From an uncultured delta proteobacterium (GTDB taxonomy: Bacteria > Myxococcota_A > Polyangia > Palsa-1104), in NCBI GenBank assembly GCA_963785725.1, contig CAWAWS010000007.1:544001-608000 (forward strand): a DNA stretch of 64,000 nucleotides. Reading direction: 5' to 3'. How positions within the stretch are numbered: position 1 is the first letter of the stretch; the number at the start of each line of letters is the position of its first letter. The notes beneath the pieces were generated by a model. It had not been told where the DNA came from and searched no databases. It worked only from the letters and a program-made list of their open reading frames with translations. The position numbers and the translations under genes are program-made. Shown here piece after piece: positions 21,654 through 31,138 of this stretch.

Positions 21654-23050
21654 ATGGCCAACGTGCGCATCGAACGAGACACTTTCGGCAACATCGAGGT
21701 CCCGGCGGACCGCCTCTGGGGTGCACAGACCCAACGCTCGTTACAAAACTTCAAGATCTCGGGTGAGCGGATGCCGTCGCAGCTCATTCGTGCGCTCGCT
21801 CTCGTAAAGCGAGCCGCGGCTCAGGTCAATATGGATCTTGGAGTTTTGACGAAGGAGAAGGCGGGCGCCATCATCGCCGCGGCCGACGAGGTCATCGCCG
21901 GCAAGCACGACGCCGAGTTCCCGCTGGTCGTTTGGCAGACGGGATCGGGCACGCAAACCAACATGAACATGAACGAAGTGCTCGCCAACCGCGGCTCCGA
22001 GATCCTCGGCGGCGAGCGCGGGGAAGCGCGCAAGCTGCATCCCAACGACGACGTCAACAAAGGGCAGTCGTCGAACGACGTCTTCCCGACGGCGATGCAC
22101 GTCGCCGCGGTGACGGTGCTGCAGCGCGATCTGGTGCCGTCGGTGGGCAAGCTGCGCGAGACGCTGGCCAAGAAGTCGGCCGACTACGCGCACGTCGTCA
22201 AGATCGGCCGCACGCACCTGCAGGACGCGACGCCGCTGACGCTGGGCCAGGAGATCGGCGGCTGGGTGGCGCAGCTCGATCACGCCGTCGCGCACGTCGA
22301 GGTGACGCTGCCGCACTTGTCCGAGCTGGCGCTCGGCGGCACCGCCGTCGGCACCGGCCTCAACGCGCATCCCGAGTTCGCGACGCGTGTCGCCGCCGAG
22401 CTGGCCAAGCTCACCGGCCTTCCCTTCATCACCGCGCCCAACAAGTTCGAGGCGCTCGCCGGCCACGACGCCCTCGTCTTCGCCCACGGCGCGCTCAAGA
22501 CGCTGGCGGCGTCGCTGAACAAGATCGCCAACGACGTGCGCTGGCTGGCGTCCGGTCCGCGCTCGGGCTTGGGCGAGATCAGCATCCCCGAGAACGAGCC
22601 GGGCTCCTCGATCATGCCGGGCAAGGTCAACCCGACGCAGTGCGAGGCCATGACCATGATGTGCGCGCAGGTGCTCGGCAACGACGTCGCGATCAACATC
22701 GGCGGCGCCTCGGGCAACTTCGAGCTCAACGTCTTCAAGCCGCTCATCATCCACAACTTCCTGCAGTCGGTGCGCCTGCTTGTCGGACGGCTGCGTCAGC
22801 TTCAACGACAACTGCGCCGTCGGCATCGAGGCCGGACGAGAAGCGCATCGGCGAGCTGATGGCGGCGTCGCTCATGCTCGTCACCGCGCTCAACCCGCAC
22901 ATCGGCTACGACAAGGCCGCCAAGATCGCCAAGAAGGCGCACAAAGAGGGCACGAGTCTGCGTGAAGCGGCCATCGCCAGCGGTCACGTCACCGGCGAAA
23001 ACTTCGACGCCTGGGTGAAGCCGGAAGACATGGTCGGCCACAAGAAGTAA
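21654..23050 (+). CDS. fumC: Class II fumarate hydratase (apparent frameshifts near 22780 and 22830)
   Basis: [60 protein letters not shown]. Confidence 0.97.
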
Positions 23051-23051
23051 C

Positions 23052-23148
23052 ACTGAAGCAGTCACTTCAGTATCAGACGCTGAAGCAGCTCCTTCAGTAT
23101 CGCGCGCGGATCGCCGCTGAAGTCGCGCTGTTGCCGCGGCTTCAGCGG
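23052..23148. repeat. Three CTGAAG...CTTCAG palindromes at a convergent gene junction
   Basis: CTGAAG-CAGTCA-CTTCAGTATC and CTGAAG-CAGCTC-CTTCAGTATC (27-bp period), then CCGCTGAAG...CTTCAGCGG. Confidence 0.75.
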
Positions 23149-23657
23149 GCGACGGTGATGGTGACGGGGAGCGTGGTCGCGCCCGCGCTGGCGCGCGCGG
23201 CCACGCGAACGACCGCGTACGGCACGAGGTCGTCGGCGGGATCGACGGCCACCCAGGCGACGCCGGGGCCGCGCGAGCCGGCCAATTCCTGCCAGTGGCC
23301 GGGGACGTAGGTGTGGCCGATCCAGTGCTGCGTCACGAAGCCGTAGACGGTGAGGTCGACGGCGGCGTCGTGGCCGTCGGCGGGCGCGGCTTGCACGCGG
23401 AAGGCGGCGCCGTGGACGTTGACGATCTCGGCCACCCAGCGCTCGTCGCGCACGCCGCCGCAGGGCTTGCCGTAGCCGCCGTCGCGCGCGCCGATGGCGA
23501 CGGCGTCGCCGGCCGCCGGCAGCCAGAGCGTGTCGTCGGCGCTCGGCACGCACAAAGCGGGCGTCGGGCGCGGCTCGGCCGGCGGCACGTCGCCGGCGTC
23601 GGCAGGGCTGGCGCAGGCGGCGAGGGCGGCGAACATGACGGCGGTGAGGCGGCGCAT
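23142..23657 (-). CDS. Hypothetical lipoprotein
   Basis: AGGAG RBS; MRRLTAVMFAALAAC lipobox; GC-ending codons. Confidence 0.7.
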   Translation of the reverse strand: MRRLTAVMFAALAACASPADAGDVPPAEPRPTPALCVPSADDTLWLPAAGDAVAIGARDGGYGKPCGGVRDERWVAEIVNVHGAAFRVQAAPADGHDAAVDLTVYGFVTQHWIGHTYVPGHWQELAGSRGPGVAWVAVDPADDLVPYAVVRVAARASAGATTLPVTITVAR

Positions 23658-23812
23658 CTTCGAGGTCTCCTGCCGACCAGACGCACCGCACGCGCGATAT
23701 TCCTGCGCGCGCTGTCGATTTTGTGGCTGCGAGAGAAACAGACGTGCGCGGAGGCACACGCGATAGGGCGGAAACTGTAGTTGCGGCGGCTACTTGGCGG
23801 GAGGCTGCGGTG

Positions 23813-24121
23813 CTACTTCGTTTCGGCGGGCGGCGCGGCGACGGCGGGCGACGCGTCGACCGGGAACGGTCCGTACAGGCCGCCCGGACGATTGGTGCTC
23901 TTGCCGAACTCGACCCAGAACTCCGAGCCGTCGGGCGCGATGTGCAGCCACGTCTTGTGGCCGAAGCTGGCCGAGCGAATGCGCGGGCTGACGTCGATCT
24001 TCTCGGCGTTCTTCGGCGGCTTCTTCGTCGCCACGTGCTGATCGGTGTCGGTCAGCTTCTGGTACGACGCCTTGGCCGCGGCGAGCTGCGCTTCGGAGAG
24101 CGATGCGATCATCACGATCAT
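23813..24121 (-). CDS. Hypothetical protein
   Basis: ATG overlaps the ettA stop (TGATG); [13 protein letters not shown]...FWVEFGKSTNRPGGLYGPF. Confidence 0.65.
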   Translation of the reverse strand: MIVMIASLSEAQLAAAKASYQKLTDTDQHVATKKPPKNAEKIDVSPRIRSASFGHKTWLHIAPDGSEFWVEFGKSTNRPGGLYGPFPVDASPAVAAPPAETK

Positions 24122-25792
24122 CAGTGCACCAGCTTTTTGTATTTGATGCGGTGAGGTTGATCGGCCGCGGCGCCCAAGCGACGCTTGCGGTCGGCTTCGT
24201 ACGCCTGGTAGTTGCCCTCGAACCAGACGACCTGCGCGTCGCCTTCGAACGCCAGGATGTGCGTCGCCACGCGATCGAGGAACCAGCGATCGTGGCTGAT
24301 GACGACCGCGCAGCCGGCGAACTGATAGAGCGCCTCTTCGACGGCGCGCAGCGTGTCGACGTCGAGATCGTTGGTCGGCTCGTCGAGCAGGAGCAGGTTG
24401 CCGGCGGTCTTGAGCGTCATCGCCAGGTGCAAGCGGTTGCGCTCGCCGCCCGACAGCTCTTTGCCCAGCTTCTGCTGATCGGAGCCGCGGAAGCCGAACC
24501 ACGACGTGTAGGCGCGCGAGCTGATCTTCTGCTTGCCGAACTCGAGGAAGTCGGCGCCGAGCGAGATCTGGCTCCACACGCTCTTGTCGGGCGCGATCGC
24601 CTCGCGCGACTGATCGACGTAGGCCAGTTTCACCGTCGAGCCGACCTTGAGCTCGCCGCCGTCCGGCTTCTCTTGGCCGGTGATCATGCGGAACAGCGTC
24701 GTCTTGCCGGCGCCGTTGGGGCCGATGACGCCGACGATTCCGCCGCGCGGCAAGCGGAAGTCGAGGTTGTCGATGAGCACGTTCTCGCCGAACGCCTTCT
24801 TCAGATGGTCGGCGATGACGACGTCGTCACCGAGGCGCGGACCGATCGGGATCTGAATCTCGATCTCGTCCTGCTTGTGCTCGCCCTCTTGCGACAGCAG
24901 CTCTTCGTAGCGCTGGATGCGCGCCTTGGACTTTGCTTGGCGCGCTTTGGGCGACGCCTGCACCCACTCGAGCTCGCGCGCCAGCTGCCGCTGCCGCGAC
25001 GACTCCTGCTTCTCTTCGTCGGCCAGGCGCTTGCCCTTCTGCTCGAGCCACGACGAGTAGTTGCCCTTCCACGGGATGCCGGCGCCGCGATCGAGCTCGA
25101 GGATCCAGCCGGCGACGTTGTCGAGGAAGTAGCGATCGTGCGTGATGGCGACGACGGTGCCGGGGAAATCGGTGAGGAACTTCTCGAGCCAGGCGACCGA
25201 TTCGGCGTCGAGATGGTTGGTCGGCTCGTCGAGCAGCAGCATGTCGGGCTTCGACAAGCAGCAGCTGGCAGAGCGCGACGCGGCGCTTTTCACCGCCGGA
25301 CAGCTTGGTCACGTCCGCGTCGGGCGGCGGCAGACGCAAGGCGTCCATCGCGATCTCGAGCGTGCGATCGAGCTCCCAGGCGCCGGCGGCGTCGATGGCG
25401 TCCTGCAGCTTGCCTTGCTCGGCCATGAGCTTGTCCATGTCGGCGTCGGGATCGGCGAACTTGTTGCTCACCTCCTCGAAGCGACGCAGCAGCTCCTTGG
25501 TCTCTTTGACGGCCAGCTCGACGTTTCCCTTCACGTCGAGCGTCGGATCGAGCACCGGCTCTTGCGGCAGATAGCCGATCTTGATGCCTTCGGCCGGGTA
25601 GGCCTCGCCGATGAACTCCTTGTCGACGCCGGCCATGATGCGCAGAAGCGTCGACTTACCGGCGCCGTTGCCGCCGATGACGCCGATCTTCGCGCCCGGA
25701 TAGAACGAGAGGTAGATGCCCTTCAGGATCTCCCGCTTCGGTGGGACGATCTTGCGGAGCTCTTTCATCGTGAAGATGTATTGCTGCGCCAT
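24121..25792 (-). CDS. ettA: Energy-dependent translational throttle protein (ABC-F), apparent frameshift near 25255
   Basis: [63 protein letters not shown], second GPNGAGKTT. Confidence 0.96.
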
Positions 25793-25811
25793 GGGCGCGA
25801 TTTCTAGCACA

Positions 25812-26777
25812 TCACGGGCAGGTCGTCGCCACCGAGCGTGACTGCCAGGTGTCCTCGTTCGTCAGGTACCACCAATCGCCGAGGAAGCAGCCGCTCGCCG
25901 TCTCGCCGCCGAACATGAACGCGAGCGAGCCCGTGATCGTGAACGCGGCGCCGGTGCGCGGCGTCGGCGGCGTGCCGGCCGGCGCCAAGCGCGTCGTCGT
26001 GGCGACGGTGCCGAGCGCGTCGACGTTGTCGATGGAGTAGACCGATGCGTTCGACAGCGCCAACAGCCGCATGGCCTGCGGATCCCAGCCGATGCCGTCG
26101 ACGAAGCTGCCCGACTGATCGCCCTTCAACGTCACCATGGCGCCGGTCGCGCGGTTGATGGAGTAGCTGTCCATCTCCACGCCGTTCCAGGTGAAGATTT
26201 GGTCGCGCGTGGGATCGGTGGCGGCGGCGCTGCCGGTGGCGGCGGTGAAGTCGATGGGATCGGCCCAGGTGCCTTGGTCGCTGTCGGCGAACTGCAGCGG
26301 CTGCGCGAAGACGCCGCCGACGATGAGCTGATCGTCGTCCGAATCGTAGATGGCCCACGGCTGCTGCGTCGCGCTCGGCGCGTTACCGGCCGTCAGCAGC
26401 TGCGTCCATGTAAGGTTGTTGATATCGAGCGCCCAGGTCTCGCTCGTGGGACCGCCGACGTAGAGGATGCGGCTGCGCTTGGTGTCGAGCGCGGCGGCGT
26501 AGCGGGACCAGCCGCCGGGCGAATTTCCCGTCGGGGCCAGCTTCAACCAGCCGCTGCAGGCGCCGAAGCTGTAGCGCCACAATTCGTCGCTGTTGATGCT
26601 GCCGCCCGCCAAGTTCGTGCCCGTTTGCCCGCCGTAGAGGTAGATCTCGTTGTAGCTGGGTGCCAAGACAGCCGTGGCGAAGGCGCGCGGCGACGGGCCG
26701 GTCGTCGGGCACAGCTCGCTGCCTTTGACGCCGCAACCTGCAATCACGAAGCAAAACGAAATAAGCCAAGAACGCAT
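25812..26777 (-). CDS. Kelch/beta-propeller-type lipoprotein
   Basis: VIAGC lipobox; PSPRAF...IYLYGG...LWRY and PTPRTG...FMFGG repeats. Confidence 0.75.
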   Translation of the reverse strand: MRSWLISFCFVIAGCGVKGSELCPTTGPSPRAFATAVLAPSYNEIYLYGGQTGTNLAGGSINSDELWRYSFGACSGWLKLAPTGNSPGGWSRYAAALDTKRSRILYVGGPTSETWALDINNLTWTQLLTAGNAPSATQQPWAIYDSDDDQLIVGGVFAQPLQFADSDQGTWADPIDFTAATGSAAATDPTRDQIFTWNGVEMDSYSINRATGAMVTLKGDQSGSFVDGIGWDPQAMRLLALSNASVYSIDNVDALGTVATTTRLAPAGTPPTPRTGAAFTITGSLAFMFGGETASGCFLGDWWYLTNEDTWQSRSVATTCP

Positions 26778-26852
26778 GCGGCGCACTATGGATCAATCGG
26801 TCGCCGTTTGTCGTGAGGGTCGCTACAGCTGCGGTTCCCGTCTGCGTTTCGG

Positions 26853-27302
26853 CTACATCCTGGCGCCGATGCCGGCGCCCATTCCGCCGCCTTCGAACAG
26901 CGCTGGGCCGACGTGGACGCGGTGATCGAAGAGGACGCGGGCGCGGCCGGGCAAGTGCGCGGCGGCGACGACGACGGTGCTGAAGAGGGCGATGCCGTCG
27001 GCGACGCCGCCGGTCGAGCCCGGCGTCGGGCCATACAGCCGCAAGAGATCGCGATCGCGCAGGTAATCGAGCGTGTAGCTGTGGTTGAAGCTGATCATGT
27101 CGCGCATGACGAGCTGCTCGTGCGCTTCGAAATACGAGACTTGGCGCGCCGGCCGCGGCGTGACGCCACCGCAGCGCAGCTCGGCGCCGCTCTCGTCGGC
27201 GCAGGGATCGGCGGTGAGGCGCAGCGGACCGCGCGGAATCGGCTCCGCGTGCACCGCGCCCGCGGCCAACAACAAGAACGCCATAGCTTGTATTCGCAAC
27301 AC
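26853..27302 (-). CDS. Hypothetical exported/membrane protein
   Basis: Signal-peptide-like MAFLLLAAGAVHA; C-terminal GGGMGAGIGARM. Confidence 0.6.
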   Translation of the reverse strand: MLRIQAMAFLLLAAGAVHAEPIPRGPLRLTADPCADESGAELRCGGVTPRPARQVSYFEAHEQLVMRDMISFNHSYTLDYLRDRDLLRLYGPTPGSTGGVADGIALFSTVVVAAAHLPGRARVLFDHRVHVGPALFEGGGMGAGIGARM

Positions 27303-27616
27303 GAAGCCTGCATTTGCAAGCGTGAGACCGCTGCCTCCTCGAGTCGCGTCAATGCGCTGCGGCCACGTTTCCTAACGATTATTCGGCGCCGATTCGATAT
27401 CGCCTGCGTGCACCGGTTTCGCGCTGGGATAAATGTTTTCTCCGCGATCGGGAACTGCGGTCACCTCCCGTCCGAATCGCGAGAAATCAGGCGAAACCTG
27501 CAGCCGCGGTGGCGTCGCCGCGCGCTGAATCGCCGCCGCGACACATGACGCCGAATATCAGAAACATCATTGATATCGCGCGTCATGAAATCGATTCTTG
27601 GTCGCTAAATGGGGCT

Positions 27617-27632
27617 TGGCGCGACGGCTGCA
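27617..27632 (+). promoter_or_regulatory. Candidate sigma-54 promoter
   Basis: TGGCGCGACGGCTGCA (GG-N10-GC) upstream of the GGAGG RBS of the 27659 gene. Confidence 0.4.
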
Positions 27633-27658
27633 GGATCCCTTGGCGACTGGAGGTGACC

Positions 27659-27916
27659 ATGAAGGTCCGTAACGTCTTGCTCGGCTTCATTGTGTGCGGC
27701 GCGGGTGCCTGCGCATCGTCGGTGGAGCTGGAGAATCAGTCGCGTGTGCATTCGCTGCGCGCCGACGCGGCGGCTCAGGGTCGCGATTACGCGGTCGCGG
27801 CGCGCGAGAAGGAGGAAGCGCAAGAGCTCCACGAAAAGGCCATGAAAAAGGCCTACAAAGAGGGGCGCACCGACGTTGTCGTCCCGGCTGACGTGAGCGC
27901 GCCGCCGACTCCGTAA
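27659..27916 (+). CDS. Small helical putative lipoprotein
   Basis: GGAGG RBS; MKVRNVLLGFIVCGAGAC lipobox-like; charged helical body. Confidence 0.7.
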   Translation: MKVRNVLLGFIVCGAGACASSVELENQSRVHSLRADAAAQGRDYAVAAREKEEAQELHEKAMKKAYKEGRTDVVVPADVSAPPTP

Positions 27917-28000
27917 CGCGTTGCGCGAAGGCGCGCGGGCGCTGTCGTGCGCGGCCCGCGCGCCTTGACAGCGCGGCAAACCGTGGCCATCCATGCTGCG

Positions 28001-28297
28001 ATGTCGGCGGCGCGTCGGTGGCACGTCCTCGTTCGGCTGGCGCTCGCCTGCCCGGCGCTCGTGCTCGTCGGCGCAGCCAGAGCGTCGGCGGCCTACGCGG
28101 CGAGCGCCAAGCCGGCGGCGGCCGCGACCGAGACCGGCCGCGCGCTCGCGCGCCGCGCGGCGCCGCGACTATCGGCCCGATCGTTCGCGAACGTCACGCG
28201 CGACGCCACGCTGCATGCGCGTGCACCCCGCACGTCGGCGCGTCGCAGCGCGCCGGTCGCGCCGCTCTATCTGTTTCATTGCGCCTTACTGATTTGA
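28001..28297 (+). CDS. Putative leader ORF with signal-like N-terminus and LYLFHCALLI C-terminus
   Basis: TTGACA at 27965; hydrophobic N-terminus, Ala/Arg-rich linker, hydrophobic C-terminal motif. Confidence 0.5.
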   Translation: MSAARRWHVLVRLALACPALVLVGAARASAAYAASAKPAAAATETGRALARRAAPRLSARSFANVTRDATLHARAPRTSARRSAPVAPLYLFHCALLI

Positions 28298-28356
28298 TTA
28301 TTCCTTCTCCGCGGATTCGAGAGCTTTCGAATATTTCTCCGACCGGAGGACGGGAT

Positions 28357-28590
28357 ATGTCCATTTGGAATTCGATCGTGCGTTATATCGATCCGCTGGT
28401 GCCGCGCCGCTCGCGAATGCGCCGGCGGCAGCCCACTTCAGCGACGGACGCTGCGGCCGACGATGTCGTGCACGGGTCGTCGTGGCAAGCGGAGCGGCCG
28501 CTCGTGTGCCGCGTCTGCGGATATCGCAGCGGGCCCGAGCATAAATATTGTCTGCGCTGCCTCACCGAAACGATGGAGCGCGCGCCGTGA
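28357..28590 (+). CDS. Small Zn-ribbon protein
   Basis: GGAGGA RBS; C-terminal CRVC-x9-CLRC. Confidence 0.65.
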   Translation: MSIWNSIVRYIDPLVPRRSRMRRRQPTSATDAAADDVVHGSSWQAERPLVCRVCGYRSGPEHKYCLRCLTETMERAP

Positions 28591-28648
28591 ATGGGCGACG
28601 ATATCGTTAATTCGATATTCGCCGCCGTCGAATGAACGCGATTCGCAA

Positions 28649-28846
28649 TCAGTCGACGATGCGTTTACCGCGGCGCATGCGCTGCAACGTGCGTCGATGA
28701 ATCCCCAACACCACCGCCGCCTCCGACAGATTCCCTTCGCACAGAAACAGCACCATATCGATATGGTTGCGAATGACGTTCTTGAGTTGGAGGTCACCGA
28801 ACCCGCGATGCTCGGGCGACTTACGACGCTTGGCGCGCTTCTTCAA
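28649..28846 (-). CDS. Stand-alone Fis/RegA-type helix-turn-helix protein
   Basis: AGAGGAG RBS before TTG; HIDMVLFLCEGNLSEAAVVLGIHRRTLQR matches the RegA/Fis HTH pattern. Confidence 0.75.
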   Translation of the reverse strand: MKKRAKRRKSPEHRGFGDLQLKNVIRNHIDMVLFLCEGNLSEAAVVLGIHRRTLQRMRRGKRIVD

Positions 28847-28983
28847 AGATCTGCTCCTCTTTAGATCATACTGTCGTTCGTCGCCGGCGGATCGACTGCT
28901 GAGACAATCTGTCGCAGCGGCCCGGCTCGGTCATAAGCGCCGCCGCGGCGATTGCACCGGTTGTCACGCGACAAAGACAACGA

Positions 28984-29622
28984 TCAGCGCATCTCGCCGA
29001 GCACGTGGCGCAGCTTGCCGAGGATGAGGTCGATGGCGATGTGGTTGTCGCCGCCTTCGGGCACGATCAAGTCGGCCCAGCGCTTCGAGGGCTCGACGAA
29101 CTGCAGATGCATCGGCCGCACGGTCGCGTAATACTGCTCGCGCACCTGCTGAAACGTGCGCCCGCGCTGCTCGAGATCGCGGCGAATGCGGCGAAAGACG
29201 CGCAAGTCGGCGTCGGTGTCGACGAAGATCTTGACGTCGAGCAGCTTGCGCACGCGCTCCTCGACGAAGACCAAGATGCCTTCGACGATCACGATGCGCG
29301 TCGGCTCGACCCGGCGCGGCTCCGGCAGGCGCGAGTGCGTCTTGAAGTCGTAGTTGGGCACGTCGACGGCGCGGCCTTCGCGCAGCGCCATCAAGTGCTC
29401 GACCATCAAGTCGTTGTCGAGCGAGTCGGGATGGTCGTAATTGAGGTGCGTGCGCTGGTCGAAGGTGAGGTCCGAGCGATCGCGATAATAGCTGTCGTGA
29501 TCGACGACGCCGACCGATTGCGCCGGCAGACCTTGCGCGATTTTGCGGGCGACAGTCGACTTTCCCGACCCAGTGCCACCGGCGATACCAATGAGAAGCG
29601 GCCGTTCCAAGCGGCGTGACAT
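28984..29622 (-). CDS. udk: Uridine kinase
   Basis: IGIAGGTGSGKST, DSYY, NYDHPD, IVEGIL, FVEPSKRWAD. Confidence 0.96.
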   Translation of the reverse strand: MSRRLERPLLIGIAGGTGSGKSTVARKIAQGLPAQSVGVVDHDSYYRDRSDLTFDQRTHLNYDHPDSLDNDLMVEHLMALREGRAVDVPNYDFKTHSRLPEPRRVEPTRIVIVEGILVFVEERVRKLLDVKIFVDTDADLRVFRRIRRDLEQRGRTFQQVREQYYATVRPMHLQFVEPSKRWADLIVPEGGDNHIAIDLILGKLRHVLGEMR

Positions 29623-29715
29623 TAACAAATCGACGACGAATGGGAAGCGAAGATGCAGCGTTTTAGCGGCGAATTGCGCGCTGAAAACGGGAATTCCGGG
29701 CGTCGTGCGCGCGGA

Positions 29716-30216
29716 CTACGGCCGCAGCCGCGCCGGCGCGCCGTCGGCGATGGTCGACGGCCGGGCCGGTGGAACGCGGCCGTAATGCAGGTGGCTGGCG
29801 ACGCGCTGGTAGAACATGCGAATGTGCTCGCGGCCGTTGTGCCCGAGCGCGTCCGACACCGCGGGCGCCAAGTCGACGATGCCGCGCCAGTCGCCGGGCT
29901 CGTCCTTGTGAATCTTCATGCCCCATTCGCCCGTCGGCATGATGGCGCCGAACGGCCCGCGGTCGAGCACCTCGCACAGCGCGAACTGGCCGGTGCGCGG
30001 GTTCTCCAAGATGAGCGGCGTGCCGCACGGCAGCGTCCGATGCGCGCACACCAGCTGTCCCGGCTGAATCTTCTGATGCGTGCACGACAGGTGCTTGCCG
30101 GCCAAGAGATCGCCCGGGTCACCGAAGCGCGTCGCCAAGCCGCGATCGTAGCGCAGCGTCGTCAGCCCGAAGAGCGCCGTCACGAGCACGTGAATGGCCG
30201 TGATCAGCAGCGTCAT
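29716..30216 (-). CDS. RlpA-like double-psi beta-barrel protein
   Basis: CAHRTLPCGT...VLDRGPF...IVDLAPA; ATGA overlap with the upstream gene. Confidence 0.8.
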   Translation of the reverse strand: MTLLITAIHVLVTALFGLTTLRYDRGLATRFGDPGDLLAGKHLSCTHQKIQPGQLVCAHRTLPCGTPLILENPRTGQFALCEVLDRGPFGAIMPTGEWGMKIHKDEPGDWRGIVDLAPAVSDALGHNGREHIRMFYQRVASHLHYGRVPPARPSTIADGAPARLRP

Positions 30217-31097
30217 GACGCCACCTGCGCCGGCTTCTCGGCGAGCGCGGCGCGCAACGCCGCGATGCTCGCCGGGGTCGTGCCGCAACAGCCGCCCACC
30301 GCCGAGGCGCCGGCGTCGACGAGCGCGGCCGCGTGGCGCGCGAACGTCTCGTTGGACTCGGTCGAGCGGCCGGTGGCGCACTTGTCCGACATCTTCGCCT
30401 GCGGCTTGGCCCACACCGGCAGCGTGAAGCGCTCGCGCAGCGCGACGACCGCCTGCAGCATGCGCTCGGCTTCGATCGCGCAGTTCACTCCGACGGCGTC
30501 GGGCGTCACATCTTCTAGGGCGCGCACCATCTTTGCCATCGGCACGCCGTGCGGAGTTTCGAGCCCACTAATTCCCGGCATCAGCGCCATCGACGCGATT
30601 ACCGGTAGTTGCGGCGCGCCCAAACGTACGCCTTCGATCGCCGTGCGCAGCTCGGCCGGATGGAACTGCGTCTCCAGGTGAATCGCGACCACGCCCGCCG
30701 CGCACAAAGCCGCCGCCGCTTCGGCGTAGGCGTCGCGCAGCCAGCCGAGATCGGCGTTGGGGCCGAGCGGCAACGTCTCGCCGGTCGGACCCAAGCTGCC
30801 CACGATCTCGCACTTCGGCGCCGCTTGTTGCGCCAAGCGCACGGCCTCGATGCACAGCTCGGACACGCGATCCGCCAAACCGAAGCGCGCCAGCCGCGGA
30901 CGCGTCGCGCCGAACGTGTTCGTCTGAATGACCTCGGCGCCGGCCGCCGCGTAGGCCGCATGGATCGCGCGCACGTCATCGGGATGCGACAAGGTCCACG
31001 ACTCGGGCGACTCCTCGCGCACGCGCAAACCTCTGGCGATGAGCTCGGTGCCGAGCCCTCCATCCAGCAGCAGCGGTCGTGGTCGGTCCAGTCGCAT
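30213..31097 (-). CDS. Homocysteine S-methyltransferase family protein (stand-alone Hcy-binding domain)
   Basis: LLDGGLGTEL, TNTFGA, GSLGPTG, GVNC, GGCCGTTP. Confidence 0.88.
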   Translation of the reverse strand: MRLDRPRPLLLDGGLGTELIARGLRVREESPESWTLSHPDDVRAIHAAYAAAGAEVIQTNTFGATRPRLARFGLADRVSELCIEAVRLAQQAAPKCEIVGSLGPTGETLPLGPNADLGWLRDAYAEAAAALCAAGVVAIHLETQFHPAELRTAIEGVRLGAPQLPVIASMALMPGISGLETPHGVPMAKMVRALEDVTPDAVGVNCAIEAERMLQAVVALRERFTLPVWAKPQAKMSDKCATGRSTESNETFARHAAALVDAGASAVGGCCGTTPASIAALRAALAEKPAQVAS

Positions 31098-31138
31098 TCG
31101 GGTAGATCGCATAGCCCGCTCGTGCGTTTTGATCAAGC

